Positions 62,147-64,000 of a stretch of 64,000 nucleotides of DNA are shown here, piece by piece. The notes below the pieces were generated by a model that worked only from the letters and a program-made list of their open reading frames with translations, had not been told where the DNA came from and made no database searches. This DNA is from an uncultured Bacteroidales bacterium (GTDB lineage Bacteria; Bacteroidota; Bacteroidia; Bacteroidales; VadinHA17): NCBI GenBank assembly GCA_963825935.1, contig CAWGUN010000009.1, forward strand, positions 89,281 to 153,280, written 5' to 3'. The translations under genes and the position numbers were made by a program. How positions within the stretch are numbered: position 1 is the first letter of the stretch; the number at the start of each line of letters is the position of its first letter.

Positions 62147-63541
62147 TTATTTAATTAATTCATGTTCAATCTCTTCCAGCGATTTTCCTTTGGTTTCAGG
62201 GAGCCTCTTTAAAATGAACCAGAATCCCAGAACACATATAAATCCATAAAGCCAGAAAGTACCTGCTGCTTTTAAAAGTTGATTTAAAAGCGGGAAGGTA
62301 TAAGTAAGGACAAAACAGGCTGCCCATAGCGAAAATGTTGCTACTGACATTGCTATTCCCCTTATTCTGTTTGGAAAAATTTCAGATAGCAGTACCCATG
62401 TAACAGGAGCCAGTGACATTGCATAACATGCTATGGCTGCAACAACCATAATCAATAATGGCATTCCCTGAAGATGAAAAAAGTACATAATTCCAACAAT
62501 TGCAAAAATGCATGCAAGTCCGCCTGATCCGATCAGCATCAGGGATTTCCTGCCAAGTTTGTCGACTGTGAACATTCCGATGAAAGTGAAAATAAGATTT
62601 ACACTTCCTGTTATCACAATATTAAATAGTGTATCAGATACACTATAACCTGCATTTGCAAATATTTCCTGTGCATAATTGAAAATTACATTTATCCCGC
62701 ACCATTGCTGAAAAACAGCAAGGACAATTCCCAGAATAAGGAGCTTAGCCATACCTGGCTGAAATAATAGTCGAAGATCCGTCTTTACTCTGTCAAGTCT
62801 GAGAGTCTCTTCAATTGCACTTAGCTCATAGTCAGCATATTCATTTCCACCTATCCTACTGAGAATGTTATGGGCTTTTTTCTGGTTTTTGCGACTTTTT
62901 GCCAGCCACCTGGGACTTTCCGGCAGAAACCACATAAATATAAAGAAGAGAGCAGCAGGAATTGAGCAGGCATAAAACATCCATCTCCAGCCTGTTTGTC
63001 CGTTCCATGAATTAAGTATATCAGCGATTGTTGACCCTTCAGGGACAGGTTGAGCAATTCTCCAGTTAATAAGCTGTGCAGCAAGTATTCCGATAACAAT
63101 TGTAAGCTGGTTAATTGAAACAAAACTTCCCCTTACACTTCCCGGAGTGATCTCGGCAATATACATCGGTGACAAGTTTGAGGCTAGTCCGATACCAATA
63201 CCTCCGAGTATTCTGAAGCTTATAAAATATGGCAGTGAATCAGCCGATCCTGTTCCGATTGAAGCGATGATAAACAATACTGCGGAGAGGATCAGCAGTT
63301 TTTTTCTACCGAATCTGTCACTAAGCCATCCGGAGAAAATTGCCCCGGCCAGGCATCCGGTCAGGGCACAGCTCATAACCCAGCCCTGCAGAGCCGGACT
63401 GCCGGTTATTCCGAAAAAAGGTTCATAAAAAGGTTTTGCCCCTCCGATTACAACCCAGTCGTAACCAAACAGAAGTCCACCCATTGCCGAAACCAGAGAA
63501 ATGATTATAAGATATTCCCAGTTATAAGAATGTCCTTTCAT
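62147..63541 (-). CDS. MFS sugar porter (sugar:H+ symporter, XylE/GalP-like)
   Basis: 464 aa with 12 TM segments. Motifs are DRFGRKK, LPESPRWL and PETKGKSLEEIE. Confidence 0.9.
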   Translation of the reverse strand: MKGHSYNWEYLIIISLVSAMGGLLFGYDWVVIGGAKPFYEPFFGITGSPALQGWVMSCALTGCLAGAIFSGWLSDRFGRKKLLILSAVLFIIASIGTGSADSLPYFISFRILGGIGIGLASNLSPMYIAEITPGSVRGSFVSINQLTIVIGILAAQLINWRIAQPVPEGSTIADILNSWNGQTGWRWMFYACSIPAALFFIFMWFLPESPRWLAKSRKNQKKAHNILSRIGGNEYADYELSAIEETLRLDRVKTDLRLLFQPGMAKLLILGIVLAVFQQWCGINVIFNYAQEIFANAGYSVSDTLFNIVITGSVNLIFTFIGMFTVDKLGRKSLMLIGSGGLACIFAIVGIMYFFHLQGMPLLIMVVAAIACYAMSLAPVTWVLLSEIFPNRIRGIAMSVATFSLWAACFVLTYTFPLLNQLLKAAGTFWLYGFICVLGFWFILKRLPETKGKSLEEIEHELIK

Positions 63542-63560
63542 CTTTCATTTCAATAGAAAC

Positions 63561-64000
63561 TCACTTTCCGCCAAGGTATTTTTTACTGATTTCATCATAT
63601 GCCTTTAGCTCTTTGGTTACCTTCCCATCTCTTCCGAAGAAAATGTTTAATGGTTCCCAGATAAATGTACCTTCTCCATGGTTTTCCGGAAGACCAAAAA
63701 CGATTTCATGGACTTCATTTCTGAACTGTGAGTATTCGACTACATTAATATCCTTTTTGTATCTTTTTACAAGGTCATTGGTATTGAACAACAGATCATC
63801 GAGAGTGCCATGCCACCGCGGATAATATGACAGCCCGATAATATCAAAATTCAAACCCCTTGCAATCATATTATCAAGCCAGAAAACTGCTTCATCATTC
63901 TGCCCGCCAAGTGCAATATGCATCATAATAATTATTGATGGATCAACTTCTTTTACTCCTTCTGCTCCTGCTTTAAGCAGTTCAGCAAGATTATCAAGGT
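63561..64000 (-). CDS. GH53 arabinogalactan endo-beta-1,4-galactanase, C-terminal part; N-terminus beyond the window end
   Basis: The frame is open to position 64000. IGLSYYPRWHGTL and DINVVEYS (nucleophile Glu context) are typical of GH53, recalled from memory. Confidence 0.7.
   Translation of the reverse strand, partial: LDNLAELLKAGAEGVKEVDPSIIIMMHIALGGQNDEAVFWLDNMIARGLNFDIIGLSYYPRWHGTLDDLLFNTNDLVKRYKKDINVVEYSQFRNEVHEIVFGLPENHGEGTFIWEPLNIFFGRDGKVTKELKAYDEISKKYLGGK

Overview
This is a chromosomal segment that looks like Bacteroidota. The evidence is a complete mraZ-to-ftsZ division/cell-wall cluster without murF or ddl, SusC-like N-terminal modules, a DUF4249-like lipoprotein, an OlsB/PlsC-like N-acyl amino-acid lipid pair, long-form PurF and TAnnTTTG-type promoter boxes. 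Most of the window is housekeeping: a GSI-like glutamine synthetase, valS, aspS, tadA, miaB, yebC, purF, two glutamate dehydrogenase paralogs flanking dprA, tatD, ansA, the 13-gene dcw cluster on the minus strand (14.2-29.5 kb), and envelope genes (NamZ-like, LolE-like, MltF-like, porin-like). The one accessory stretch runs from about 49.0 to 52.3 kb. It holds tRNA-Ser(GGA) and a 960-bp unit carrying an IS200/RAYT-type Y1 transposase gene, bounded by perfect 20-bp inverted repeats and TGTC flanks. Next to it sits an AT-rich two-gene cassette (PD-(D/E)xK nuclease-fold protein plus a 6TM voltage-gated-type K+ channel) bracketed by direct repeats, and that cassette is the best candidate here for an undescribed system, on weak evidence. 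Downstream lie a sigma54-type two-component pair and a galactan-type sugar cluster (GH2, MFS sugar porter, GH53). Four single-nucleotide frameshifts split conserved genes (murD, miaB, and GH2 twice). This pattern suggests indel errors in the sequence more than biology. Several intergenic regions carry related palindromic or low-complexity repeats: CGCAAAG arrays, C-tract/G-tract hairpins, CCCTTCCC hairpins and a GGCGGAA microsatellite. No CRISPR array, rRNA or clearly novel multi-gene system could be established from the sequence alone.
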